Source: an uncultured Acidobacteriaceae bacterium
GTDB taxonomy: Bacteria > Acidobacteriota > Terriglobia > Terriglobales > Acidobacteriaceae
Direction of reading: 5' to 3'
DNA length: 37,962 nt
Assembly: GCA_964250885.1 (NCBI GenBank)
Contig: CAXUIM010000005.1
Coordinates: forward strand, 1-37,962
Program-made: the position numbers and the translations under genes
Notes under the pieces: generated by a model
What the model saw: the letters and a program-made list of their open reading frames with translations, nothing else
The model's database searches: none
What the model was told of the DNA's origin: nothing
In this document: positions 1 through 10,018 of the stretch, piece after piece
Layout: each line of letters opens with the position of its first letter
How positions within the stretch are numbered: position 1 is the stretch's first letter

Positions 1-1889
1 AGACTTAACGGGGCGCCATCCAAAGCGAAGGGAGAGCCGCCGACCGGGTGTTGGTCTGCAGAGAGGGATCGCAGGCTCGCCTCGTCCACGGCGAGCGCGT
101 AGTTCCATTGGGTCGTGGGGAAGACCTGCCAGTCGGCTGTCATTCCGCGGGTGCGCAACTTCAGCCAGTCCTCACCGATGGGATACGAAAAGACCAGCGG
201 GCCCTGATCGACCGAGACGGAGCCGTTGAAGCCGGTAGTGAGCCGGGGCTTCAATGGAAGCTGGACCTCAACCATATCCCCGGCTTTCCAGGTACGCTCG
301 ATCTTCGCGAAGCCGGTGGCCGCGGAGATGTCTTCGGGCTGGCCATTGACCTGGACGGTCATTCCGTCGGTCCATTCTGGAATCCGGAGCCGCAGGGGAA
401 AGGACACCGGAGTGGCCGGATTCACAACGATGCGGACGCTATCCCGGAAGGGATACTCCGTCTGTTCCGAGATGTGGAGGGCGGACCCTCGAATTGTCGT
501 TTGAACCTCACAAGGCGCATAAACAGCCGCAACCAGGCCGTCGTCCTGCGAGGCCATCCATAAGCTGGATGCGAGCTTCGGCCAGCCCTGATGGAAGTTG
601 GCGGTGCAGCAGCCGAAATTTGGTTCCAGGCCATACAAGTTCGATTCGGGTCCATCCGTGGTCCAGGGCTTGCGATGCAGGCTGACTTCCACCTGATTGG
701 GCTCCTGGTTGTACTGGTGCGCCCACATATCATCGGTGAAGGTCCCGGGAAGAGCATTGAACGCGATGCGCTCCAGGCGGTCTCCCAATGTCGCGTCGCC
801 AGTAATGGCCAGCGACTGCTCCAGCGAGAACATTGTTTCCACCACGGTACAGAGCTCCGAGCCTTGCGAGGGATTTAGCCCGGCAAAGTGCTCGTCACAG
901 GAAAACATACCGTTGGGCAGACCGTGATATTTATCCAGTGCCGCCAGCATCACTTGTATGCCGCGCCGGTCGGCCGGATCTCCGGTGACCACCGACCACA
1001 CCGGAGCCGCCTTCAGCGCCTGGCCGTTATTGACCCCGTGCGTGGCCAAAGCCATATCGCCCAGGCCGTTACTCTTACTCAGGTGGATCAGTTCAGGTGT
1101 CACTGGCTGAGTCCACTTGAAGTCGGCGAAATCGGCCTCCCAATCGAAGCCCTGCTGATGGAGCAGCCGCACAAGATCCAGAAGCTTGGGGTCGCCGGTG
1201 CGGTTATAAAGCCAGAGGACCACCAGGGCATTGTCCTGCCAGCGGAACCGTCCCCAATCGCGAAGTGGCCGCTGCGGAAGTTCCGCCAGCTGATATTGAA
1301 AGTAGCGTGTTAGAAGCGGCGCCACACGGGGGTCGCCGGTGACCTCCTGGTACTGCGCTAACGCTTTGAGCATCACCATGCGCGGCCACCAGTCGTTATT
1401 GCTGGCCGGCCCGATCATTCCGCTGGGGGCCTGATGGGTCAAGGTCCAATCGATAAAGCGCTGCGCCTTTGCCTTCAGACGATCGTCGTCCAGCAGGTAA
1501 GCCAAGGGCAGCAGACCATCCAGAAAATAAGGACCGCGCTCCCACGACTCGCCCGTTCCGCCCAGCCATCCGCTGTTACTGCCGACATCGGCCCAGGTCT
1601 CGTCCAGATGCCCTCCGAGGCCGGTTGCCTGGATCTCCAACTGGCGGCGCAGCCAGCCGGCGGGCTGAACCGAACCCAGCGGCAGAAGATAGAACGCGTT
1701 CGGGTACAGCGGCGCGCGATTCTTAACCACGGCACGGGACACAGCTTCCGGGTTTGTTGCAGCCGGCACTGCCTGCGGCTTCTTCTGCGTAGCCTGTGCG
1801 CGCCCCGGTCCCAGCAAGAGTCCAGTCCCCGCGCCCGCAAGCGATTTCAGCAATTTCCTTCGGTTCAACGATGTCGAAATCTTCTTCAT
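1..1889 (-). CDS. Tat-exported GH127-like beta-L-arabinofuranosidase domain protein (DUF1680-like); 3' end beyond the left window edge
   Basis: Manual translation from ATG at 1889 gives MKKISTSLNRRKLLKSLAG (twin-arginine signal), then LPLGSVQPAGWLRRQL, GWLGGTGESWERGPYFLDG, DWWPRMVMLK, FSCDEHFAGLNPSQGSELCTVVE and NFGCCTANFHQGWPK (Glu/Cys-Cys motif of GH127). The frame is still open at position 3, so the ORF track omits it. Confidence 0.85.
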   Translation of the reverse strand, partial: MKKISTSLNRRKLLKSLAGAGTGLLLGPGRAQATQKKPQAVPAATNPEAVSRAVVKNRAPLYPNAFYLLPLGSVQPAGWLRRQLEIQATGLGGHLDETWADVGSNSGWLGGTGESWERGPYFLDGLLPLAYLLDDDRLKAKAQRFIDWTLTHQAPSGMIGPASNNDWWPRMVMLKALAQYQEVTGDPRVAPLLTRYFQYQLAELPQRPLRDWGRFRWQDNALVVLWLYNRTGDPKLLDLVRLLHQQGFDWEADFADFKWTQPVTPELIHLSKSNGLGDMALATHGVNNGQALKAAPVWSVVTGDPADRRGIQVMLAALDKYHGLPNGMFSCDEHFAGLNPSQGSELCTVVETMFSLEQSLAITGDATLGDRLERIAFNALPGTFTDDMWAHQYNQEPNQVEVSLHRKPWTTDGPESNLYGLEPNFGCCTANFHQGWPKLASSLWMASQDDGLVAAVYAPCEVQTTIRGSALHISEQTEYPFRDSVRIVVNPATPVSFPLRLRIPEWTDGMTVQVNGQPEDISAATGFAKIERTWKAGDMVEVQLPLKPRLTTGFNGSVSVDQGPLVFSYPIGEDWLKLRTRGMTADWQVFPTTQWNYALAVDEASLRSLSADQHPVGGSPFALDGAPLS

Positions 1890-2022
1890 ACGATGGGGTT
1901 CCCGGTTCGGTTTGGTCGCGCTTCTCGACCCATACAGTTTAATTCTGAACCTGTTCGCTCCATCCGGTCTATAGTCCACATGATCTATCGCTGCAGCCCT
2001 GCGCTGAACGCCTGTGCTGGCC

Positions 2023-2673
2023 TCAGTTGTCGATCAGTATCAGTCCCCGCTGGATCGCCGTTGTAGCTGCCTCGGTCCGGTCAGATACCTCCAGCTTCTC
2101 GATGATTCGGAACACGTGATTGCGCGCCGTGTTGTCGCTAATGCCCAGTGCACTGCCGATCTGCTTGTTGGTCAGGCCTTTGGTGAGAAGCTTCAGGATT
2201 TCCAACTCACGTGGTGTAAGGTCGGTACGAATCATGCGCTCCGCGAGGCGGGAGGCGATGTGCCGGGGAATATAGCGCTTGCCTGCGTTCACTGCCTGAA
2301 TGGCTTCCACCATCTCACGCAAGGACGTGTTCTTGAGCAGGTAGCCTTGAGCTCCCGCCTGCACAGCGCGATAGATGTCTTCGTCCGTCTCGTAGTTGGT
2401 CAAAATGATGACGCGTACCTTCCTGTTTTCCATCTTCAAGGCGGTTAAGGTCTCCGTCCCGTCCATCACTGGCATACGGAGATCCAGCAACAGCACGTCG
2501 GGTTGGAGTTCCCTGACCTTCGCGAGTGCGTCCTGACCATCGGAAGCCGAACCCACCACGGTGAGATCCGCTTGGGTTGCCAGCATGCTCATCAGGCCGG
2601 CACGGACAACCGGGTGATCATCCACGATGAGTATTCGGATCGAGCTTGCGCAAGCCTGCGACATGACGGACAT
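2023..2673 (-). CDS. NarL/FixJ (LuxR-HTH) family response regulator
   Basis: Receiver motifs ILIVDDH, DVLLLDLRMP and GYLLK. C-terminal HTH LTPRELEIL..GLTNKQIG..LGISDNT. The start may be at 2664. Confidence 0.95.
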   Translation of the reverse strand: MSVMSQACASSIRILIVDDHPVVRAGLMSMLATQADLTVVGSASDGQDALAKVRELQPDVLLLDLRMPVMDGTETLTALKMENRKVRVIILTNYETDEDIYRAVQAGAQGYLLKNTSLREMVEAIQAVNAGKRYIPRHIASRLAERMIRTDLTPRELEILKLLTKGLTNKQIGSALGISDNTARNHVFRIIEKLEVSDRTEAATTAIQRGLILIDN

Positions 2674-4831
2674 ACCTCCAGGGCTCTTTCAGCGACACCA
2701 TAGACCATGACATAAGCGTCATACGTTGGGGAAGAGGAACAACGACATCGACTCGGGTGCCTGCGGCGGGCTGGCTGTCGATCTTGAATGTCGCCGACAC
2801 ACTGGCCGCTCTCCGCATCATTCCGCGGACGCCAAAACCATCCATGTCGCTGCCGGGACGAAAGCCGCAGCCGTCGTCCCCGATCGAAACGTGCACCGAA
2901 CCTCTCTCATAGGCGACCCTGATCCGGATCGTGGAAGGATGTCCGTGCCGGACAGCGTTCGCAAGCGCCTCCTGACCGATACGGTACAGTGTGTCTGTGA
3001 CTCGAAGCGGCATGCTAACCGGGTCGCCAGCGCTGGTTGCGATCACTCGAAGCGAGCCTCCCTCAACCAGTCGATTGGCGCATGCGGTGAGAGCCTCCAG
3101 CAGGCCCTTGGCTTCAGGCTGTTCCGGGCGTAGGACGGCGATGCTGCGGCGGGTCTCTTCATGGCTATGCCGTACCAACTCCCGGGCAACATCCAACTGC
3201 TGTTGCAGCCGCGGCTTCCCCTCTTTCATTTCCTCGCGAATGGCCTCAAGCTGAAATCCTATGCCGGCGAAACTCTGCGACAGGGTATCGTGCATCTCCC
3301 AGGCCAGGCGCTCGCGCTCTGCAAGTACTGCACGCAAGCGCCAGCTCTCAACACGGTGGTAGAAGAAGTTACCAATCAGCGCCAACACCAGAATCCCCAA
3401 GGCCATCGAGACCAGGTGGCCCGTGCTCCACCAAGGAGGACCGGCGATCACAACCGCATCATCGGTGGATCGCAGGAGCAGAGCAAAAGGCACCAGATTG
3501 TGGGTATACGACGCATTCGAAACGGCAATTCCGCGCAGACGTATTTCACTACCTGCGTTGACCCGGCTGTAGAAGTAGTCGCCACGCCCACGGTTCATGA
3601 TGGCGCGGAATGACTCAGAGCCGGCGTCGAAGTCGTACAGCAGTGTGTCGTTGGGACCATGTTGCTTCCGAACGAGACGACCCTCCACCTCGATGAATTG
3701 CGAGTCGAAATTGCCCGTCGCCGCTTGCAAGGCGGTGACCGAAACGGCCGGCGTGGGAGTTCCTTCCCAAAGCACTCGCACGGCCGCGTTCTCGAGAGCC
3801 AGATTGAAACCGCTCTCATGCAGCGTGCCGGTGGCTTCTACCTCATCCCCAATCTTCAGGGGTTGACTGGTCGTCTGCTGCACGGCGACTCCACCCGTAG
3901 AGTCCTGGACAAACAGCGCCGGCGAGGCGAGTACGACGATGCCGCGTATGGTTGCCGGAACGCTTCGATTGAACGCAGTGAGGCGGAGAGCGTTGATCGG
4001 CTGTACGTTAGGACTCGAGGGCTGCGTCTGGGAGCCCTCCTTGGTTTCGAAACCGTAGTATTCCAACAACGAGGGATCCTTTTCGATCTCCTGCGCCGTT
4101 GTCTTCGCGTCCTGAGGACGCAGGGTCGCGAGCATCTGGTTCAGATCGTGCTGCGTTGCCGGAGCCACGACAACATTGCGCCAGATGCCGCCGGAGGCAT
4201 AGGACCGCAGACCGACACGGCCGGAGCGCACGCAATCCTCATCTGTAGCAGCGATGGTGGTGGGCGTCGCGTGGGCGCCTGTGGTGACCGACGCAACCAG
4301 GTGGCATCCAAAGGCCAGGAATCGAAGGTGATACCACCTGGAAGGCTGGAATGCGAGGCCCTTCGGGTCGAGCCGATCGATCACCTCAGTCCATCCGTGA
4401 CCGGCTCGTCCGAGGACAACCGAATTGTCGATCGTTCGGATCCCGGCATAGTAGCCCGTGTAAGCGTCGACGCCCTGCTCCTCGTCGCTGGTACGTACCA
4501 TCAGACCGGCATCGCCTCCCAGACCCAGCAGCATCAGATCGGCGTCGATCGAGTAGTTGCTCCAATGGGAGGAACCGGTGAGCAGCTTTGCGCCACGCTC
4601 GTCGGACTCATTCCGCATGGCTCCGTCGACCAACTCCCACGTTCCCCCGAAGGCCTGCCATTCCTTGGCATCGCCTCTTGCGAAGGAATCGCGATAGGGG
4701 AGCTCACGGTTTGATCTCTGGAGATAGGCCAGAAGAGCCACGGCTGCCAGGACAACGAACAGAGCGATCGTCCACGCCGCTGCGACGCCACGGCGAAACC
4801 TCGGCAGGGAACTCACTGTTGTGGACTCCAC
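2618..4831 (-). CDS. Membrane sensor histidine kinase (HisKA_3 + HATPase_c) with a periplasmic DUF1080/concanavalin-like domain and probable OB-fold domains
   Basis: Two TM segments, H-box ERERLAWEMHDTLSQ, and QEALANAVRH and DDGCGF motifs. The N-terminal DSF..W..FGGTW..WSNYSIDAD..GRVGLRS pattern is DUF1080-like. GTG start. Confidence 0.9.
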   Translation of the reverse strand: MESTTVSSLPRFRRGVAAAWTIALFVVLAAVALLAYLQRSNRELPYRDSFARGDAKEWQAFGGTWELVDGAMRNESDERGAKLLTGSSHWSNYSIDADLMLLGLGGDAGLMVRTSDEEQGVDAYTGYYAGIRTIDNSVVLGRAGHGWTEVIDRLDPKGLAFQPSRWYHLRFLAFGCHLVASVTTGAHATPTTIAATDEDCVRSGRVGLRSYASGGIWRNVVVAPATQHDLNQMLATLRPQDAKTTAQEIEKDPSLLEYYGFETKEGSQTQPSSPNVQPINALRLTAFNRSVPATIRGIVVLASPALFVQDSTGGVAVQQTTSQPLKIGDEVEATGTLHESGFNLALENAAVRVLWEGTPTPAVSVTALQAATGNFDSQFIEVEGRLVRKQHGPNDTLLYDFDAGSESFRAIMNRGRGDYFYSRVNAGSEIRLRGIAVSNASYTHNLVPFALLLRSTDDAVVIAGPPWWSTGHLVSMALGILVLALIGNFFYHRVESWRLRAVLAERERLAWEMHDTLSQSFAGIGFQLEAIREEMKEGKPRLQQQLDVARELVRHSHEETRRSIAVLRPEQPEAKGLLEALTACANRLVEGGSLRVIATSAGDPVSMPLRVTDTLYRIGQEALANAVRHGHPSTIRIRVAYERGSVHVSIGDDGCGFRPGSDMDGFGVRGMMRRAASVSATFKIDSQPAAGTRVDVVVPLPQRMTLMSWSMVSLKEPWRYVRHVAGLRKLDPNTHRG

Positions 4832-5802
4832 TGTTGGTGGAATGTTCCCGCTCGCCAGTCCATGGCGGTCATATTTCGAATCCGCGGAGAATCAACATTG
4901 TCACGCGTGACCAGCACTGGCTTGAGCTTTACCAAAGCCGCGACAGGCTCCCCGTGCAGCTTCGCATCCACTGAACGAATGGCCAGGTCGCCCATGCGCC
5001 CGGTGTCCTCAATGATCACGGAATCCAGAATCGGATTATCAAAGAGCAGGGAATCAGGATCGAACTCGATGACCTTTATGTGGTGTTGATTCGACGTGCC
5101 TTCAATGGCGGAAATCGCGCCGCGGGACGAGGCCGATGTTAACGCCACAATCGCATCCAGATTGTGCGTCTCGTTCAGCATCTCTTTCGCGCTTTCTTGC
5201 TCCTGGGCCACGTTGAAGGTTCCCTCCCGCCTCACGACAAGGTGAATATGAGGGAACTCCGTCGTCAGAATCTGCTCCAGCACAGTCGCTCGCGTGACAA
5301 TCCCGGCGATGCCAGGATTGATGCCGATGATCGCGACCAGACCGCGGCCATGGGTGATCTCTGCAATCCGTTGCGCGGCGATGCGCGCACCTTGTTCTTC
5401 GTCGTTGAGAATATACAACAGGTTCTGGTCCGGTGGAATGGGTAACGGGGAACCCACAATTACGGTTACCAGATGTTCCTCCAGAGCACGCCTCACCGGA
5501 GTAATCAGCGCCAGCGAGTGGTCCGGAGCCAGTACAAGGCCCTTGTAATTGCCCGATGCAATTCGATCGACCAGAGCAATCTGGCCATCGATATCATCCT
5601 CGCGGGTCGATGCATTCCAATAAACGCTTAAGCCCAGGGCAGAGGCGGCGGCTTGCGCCCCTTGACGTTCCGGTTCCCAGAGCGCCGTACCCGATGTGCG
5701 CGGAATGACGGCAATCCGAACCGATTGCGAGCGATGGAACCCGAGCAGGAACGAGCCGAGTACGATACCGATTACAGCCGCTCCAAAGAGTCTCCAACGC
5801 AT
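4813..5802 (-). CDS. Periplasmic sugar-binding protein (RbsB-like, Peripla_BP_4)
   Basis: N-terminal signal/TM segment, then RIAVIP..LW, GQIALVD, GLVLAP and IKVIEFD..G..A, typical of type I periplasmic binding proteins. Confidence 0.88.
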   Translation of the reverse strand: MRWRLFGAAVIGIVLGSFLLGFHRSQSVRIAVIPRTSGTALWEPERQGAQAAASALGLSVYWNASTREDDIDGQIALVDRIASGNYKGLVLAPDHSLALITPVRRALEEHLVTVIVGSPLPIPPDQNLLYILNDEEQGARIAAQRIAEITHGRGLVAIIGINPGIAGIVTRATVLEQILTTEFPHIHLVVRREGTFNVAQEQESAKEMLNETHNLDAIVALTSASSRGAISAIEGTSNQHHIKVIEFDPDSLLFDNPILDSVIIEDTGRMGDLAIRSVDAKLHGEPVAALVKLKPVLVTRDNVDSPRIRNMTAMDWRAGTFHQQWSPQQ

Positions 5803-6064
5803 AATTCCGCCCCTGGCTCAGCTGCGGCCAAACCGGCGATTGCCGCGGACGCCAGCGGTATAGTTCATTTGTACCAGTGAATCCTGTGTCGCTTGGCTCT
5901 TGCCATTCTGACCTCGGAGTAACTACAGTTGGCTGATTCAAGAATCGAGAGATCCCGCGGTCCAGAATACTCTCTTTCCCGTCGGGCAATCCTGTCCACT
6001 CGTGGTGGAGGAGACCCTAAGGCTTCCATGTCTCGCAGAACCGTTCACTTGCTTTTGAGGCCCT

Positions 6065-9000
6065 ATGATTCGATCGCTCAGTCTTGCAACATCCGTCCGC
6101 CAGGGCGCATCTCGGAGCACCCTCTTATTCGCTGTTCTGCTGGCCGTGTGTCTACTCCCCGGCGTTCCAGCCCTGGCGCAGTTCAGCGGCAGCGTTCAGG
6201 GCACGGTGCAGGACGCCTCCGGTGGCAACATTCCAGCGGCGGTCGTAACGCTGACCAATGTCGACACTCAAGTAACTCAGGGCGCGAAATCGAACGCTTC
6301 GGGCGTCTACCTGTTTTCCAGTCTTGCGCCGGGAAACTATGCAATCACCGCTGCGGCTGCTGGATTCAGCACGACGAAAACCACGTTTTCACTCGAAGCG
6401 GACCAGACGCGCAACGTTCCCTTATCGATGGCCGTTGGCACCGTGTCGACCCAGGTACAGGTCACATCGCAGCAGCCGCTCCTGGATACCTCCGATAGCC
6501 GGAATCAACTCACGCTCGGTACAGAGGCACTCGGAAACCTGCCGCTTGCCGCCCGCAATCCGCTCGAGCTTATAACGCTCGCTCCGGGAGTAACCGGTCT
6601 GGGCTCCGGAACCGAGACCAACTTCAATCCAGAAAACGATGTCGATGCGAGCGCCAACGGCCGCGGGTCGAATGCCAATCAGTACATCGTTGACGGATTG
6701 GACGTGACCAGCAGCATCCGTCCTGGTGTCGTCAATCTGACGCCGAACGCGGACTCCGTCCAGGAGGCGACAGTTCAAAGCAATACCTACACGGTCGATT
6801 ATGGACGGGCAAGCTCCATCCAGACGGTGCTCACGACGAAGTCTGGGACCGATCAATTCCACGGATTCGCCAGCGAATATTACACCTACGAAGGCCTCTA
6901 CGCCCGGGGCGAATACGGTCCGGCAGCGGGAACGCGAGTCGCACCGTTTCACACCAACAATCTCTCGTTCGGTGTGGGTGGCCCCATCATTCCACACCAC
7001 AGCTTCTTTTTCTTTGGGAGCTACGAGCCGTACCTTTCGCTGGTCTCGAACGGCACCTCGAATCAGGTGTTTGAAGATCCGGCCTTCGTGGCCTTTGCCA
7101 ACATGGTCCAGCCGAACAGCCCTGAGGTGCAGTTGCTCAACAAGTACCCAGCGAGCAATCTGACCTTCACCAGTGTTCAGAGCACAGCGGCGCAGGCGTT
7201 TGGAACACCCACGGCTGCCTCGCCGAATACAGGCTGCGGCACGCCGAGCACGGACAATATCCCGTGTAGCACTCCCGTCCTGGATAATGGCAACTTCAAT
7301 TCGAGCAGCTTCAACAATTCTCAGCAATACAACATCCGTATCGACAAGTACTTCAGCAAGGATCGTGTTTACGGGCTCTTCTACCGCGACACGATCCAGG
7401 AAGGCGGCCCCGCCGCACGTCCCGCCTTCGCAGTGAAGGATAACTACTATACCTTCTCCCTTCAGGGAAGTGAGACTCACACTTTTTCGCCGAATCTGCT
7501 CAACGAGGCTTTTGCCGGTTATAACCGCATCGAGGGTTTTGCGCCTTCCAGCGGCAACTTCACCGTGCCAGTCGTAAATGTTACGGGGCTCACTGGAGGA
7601 GACACTTCATTTGGCGCCGGGTTCGCGCTTGGCGACTATATTCAGCATAGCTATCACTGGCGGGACGTCATCACCCACATCCGCGGCTCGCACTCCATCC
7701 GGGCCGGATACGAAGGGTGGCATGGCGACGACATTGCACTCTTCGCGGGTGCCTACGCGCAACCGACTTTTCAATTCAATAGCTTGATCGATCTGATCAA
7801 TAACGACCCCTACTCGGAGACCAATCTCTCGTATGACCCTGTCACCGGCCAACCAAAGGCTAACAACTACGGCTATTCGCAAACCACGGGTGGCGCATTT
7901 GCCGAGGATAGCTGGAAGGTCTCAAAGAGTCTGACGGTAAACTACGGACTTCGCTACGATAACTTCGGAAACGCCTACCCATCACTGGCAGGAACGGGTC
8001 TTTCAAACTTCCATCTGGGAGCTGGATCCACTTTCGCGGAGCAGGTCACCAATGGCGTAGTTACCGCTCAGAGTCATGTTTATTCTAAGGATCTGAACTA
8101 CGTCTTCAGTCCTCGTGGTGGCTTTGCCTATTCACCGTTCGCAGATCAAACCTGGCTGGTCCACGGTGGCATCGGGCTTTTTCACGACTACTTTACTTTG
8201 GGTAACTCGGAAAATGGTCTCAGCGCGAATCCTCCCGGATTCGTTAGACCCACGTTCTATAACAATGGATCGACCGCCGCGCCGATCTTCGGATACGGAA
8301 CTCAAAACGTCTATCCGTTTGGGTATCCCTACCCGAAATTTCAAGGGCAGCCGCTCGACGCCAAGGGGGGAATCCCCGGGGACCAGATCAACATCGGCGG
8401 AGTCGCGAGTAATCTCAAGAGTCCGCTCACTATCAACTTCAACCTGGCCGTCGATCGTCAGATCACGCCTAGTTTCGTGGTAAGCCTCGGTTACGTCGGC
8501 TCGCATTCCGATAATCTTGTGGCCGCCGGCGGAAATACGGCCAATACCTCGTACGGTAACGACATCAACATCTTCAGCGGAGACCTGATTCAACACATCA
8601 GTTGTACGGTGACTCCGGCGAGTGGAACCGCTGCGGCCGGCAGTGCCTGTAGCGGCATTCAAACCCGGTTGAACACGAGCTTCGGAGCGATCAACTATGC
8701 CTATAACACGTCGAGAGCGAATTACGACGGTTTGGTGGCCTCGGCCCGAGGCCGGTTTGCGCGACGCGGTTTCCTTACCGCGTCCTACACGCTGGGCCAC
8801 GGCCTGGACGATTGGCAGAACTACCCCGTGGGCTACCCGGTCAACCAGTTCTATGCCAGTTCGCCCTACGATGTGAGGAATCGGCTCTCCTTGGGGGCTT
8901 CCTATGAGTTGCCTGGATCTGCTCTGTCCAGCCGATTCGAACGAGAAGTGCTGGGCGGGTGGACCCTCGCAGGGTTGTCGATACTCCAGTCGGGTGAGCC

Positions 9001-9505
9001 GTTCACTGTCTACACGGGCGCGCCGTTCGCTGCGCAACTGATCAATCCGGCCCTTCCAGCTACTGCAGGCAACCTGCAGTACGCTCCCAACAGCGGCGAC
9101 TTCAACGCCGACGGCGACAACATGGATTATCCCAGTGTCACCGCCTATAAGCAGAACCGAAGCAGGAGCGCGTATCACACGGGCCGCGGAACATTCGGAA
9201 CTTGTCCCCTCGGCTCGGGAACCCTGCCCTGCGGGCAATTCGTCTTTCCGACCTTCGGCACGGAAGGGAATGAGACCCCGAATCAGTTCCGTAATCCGGG
9301 TTACGCCGACGTAGACCTGACGTTGAAGAAGATAACCTCGATCACCGAACGTGTGAAGCTGGAGCTGAGGCTGGATACCTTCAACGTCTTCAATCGGGTC
9401 AACTTCCAGGGCGTCGATACCAACCTGCAGGACGGCGGCTTCGGGCAGTCAAGCAACACAAATCCAGCAAGAAACATGCTGCTGGGGGGCAGCTTGAATT
9501 TCTAG
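6065..9505 (+). CDS. TonB-dependent receptor, Oar-like, with an N-terminal carboxypeptidase-regulatory-like domain
   Basis: Signal peptide (ALA-Q), GSVQGTVQDASG, LPLAARNPLELITLAPGV, YIVDGLD, KSGTDQFHG, NYGLRYD, FNVFNRVNF, and a terminal Phe (LNF). Confidence 0.93.
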   Translation: MIRSLSLATSVRQGASRSTLLFAVLLAVCLLPGVPALAQFSGSVQGTVQDASGGNIPAAVVTLTNVDTQVTQGAKSNASGVYLFSSLAPGNYAITAAAAGFSTTKTTFSLEADQTRNVPLSMAVGTVSTQVQVTSQQPLLDTSDSRNQLTLGTEALGNLPLAARNPLELITLAPGVTGLGSGTETNFNPENDVDASANGRGSNANQYIVDGLDVTSSIRPGVVNLTPNADSVQEATVQSNTYTVDYGRASSIQTVLTTKSGTDQFHGFASEYYTYEGLYARGEYGPAAGTRVAPFHTNNLSFGVGGPIIPHHSFFFFGSYEPYLSLVSNGTSNQVFEDPAFVAFANMVQPNSPEVQLLNKYPASNLTFTSVQSTAAQAFGTPTAASPNTGCGTPSTDNIPCSTPVLDNGNFNSSSFNNSQQYNIRIDKYFSKDRVYGLFYRDTIQEGGPAARPAFAVKDNYYTFSLQGSETHTFSPNLLNEAFAGYNRIEGFAPSSGNFTVPVVNVTGLTGGDTSFGAGFALGDYIQHSYHWRDVITHIRGSHSIRAGYEGWHGDDIALFAGAYAQPTFQFNSLIDLINNDPYSETNLSYDPVTGQPKANNYGYSQTTGGAFAEDSWKVSKSLTVNYGLRYDNFGNAYPSLAGTGLSNFHLGAGSTFAEQVTNGVVTAQSHVYSKDLNYVFSPRGGFAYSPFADQTWLVHGGIGLFHDYFTLGNSENGLSANPPGFVRPTFYNNGSTAAPIFGYGTQNVYPFGYPYPKFQGQPLDAKGGIPGDQINIGGVASNLKSPLTINFNLAVDRQITPSFVVSLGYVGSHSDNLVAAGGNTANTSYGNDINIFSGDLIQHISCTVTPASGTAAAGSACSGIQTRLNTSFGAINYAYNTSRANYDGLVASARGRFARRGFLTASYTLGHGLDDWQNYPVGYPVNQFYASSPYDVRNRLSLGASYELPGSALSSRFEREVLGGWTLAGLSILQSGEPFTVYTGAPFAAQLINPALPATAGNLQYAPNSGDFNADGDNMDYPSVTAYKQNRSRSAYHTGRGTFGTCPLGSGTLPCGQFVFPTFGTEGNETPNQFRNPGYADVDLTLKKITSITERVKLELRLDTFNVFNRVNFQGVDTNLQDGGFGQSSNTNPARNMLLGGSLNF

Positions 9506-10018
9506 AGCTGCGGGACTACACAGCGAAGGCTCCAATGGATCTAATAGAGACGTGCCGAACAGTTCTCGCAGTCGCCTCCAAACCAGGATCCACATTCTCA
9601 GGCAGCGATTACCAGCGCAGCGGTGATAGCGCTCGATCCGGTATTGGAGGCGCGGCTCACAATCTTCGAGCGGTTCTCAGATTGGGGTGCAGCAATGAAG
9701 ATGAAGATCGTCGAAGTCAAGATGCGCGCTCAACGATCTGACCTCAAGGATCTCTACAATGCTCGCACCGCAGTTATATCACCCTGATTCTTCGGTTTAG
9801 ATCAGACAATGCAAGCGTTGGTTGCGGTGGCAGGACGTTAGTTGGGCGATCGCCCTCCTGAACCGCAGCGCTGAGCGAGCAGAATCCCGCCTCCAGCGAA
9901 GCATGGATCACCACGCACGTCTGGCAGATGCGACCTTGGTCGCCGGCAACTGCCAGACGGGCGTGACGCAATCCTATGCTGTTCGGGGAGGGCCTGTAGG
10001 GTCGCCACTCAGCCTCAA

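Noticed and set aside
3659-9238. Long antisense ORFs (3659-4714 +, 6422-7480 -, 8132-9238 -; similarly 25444-26244 + and 27705-28442 +)
   Set aside because: They are shadows of well-supported genes in GC-rich DNA and carry no recognisable motifs.
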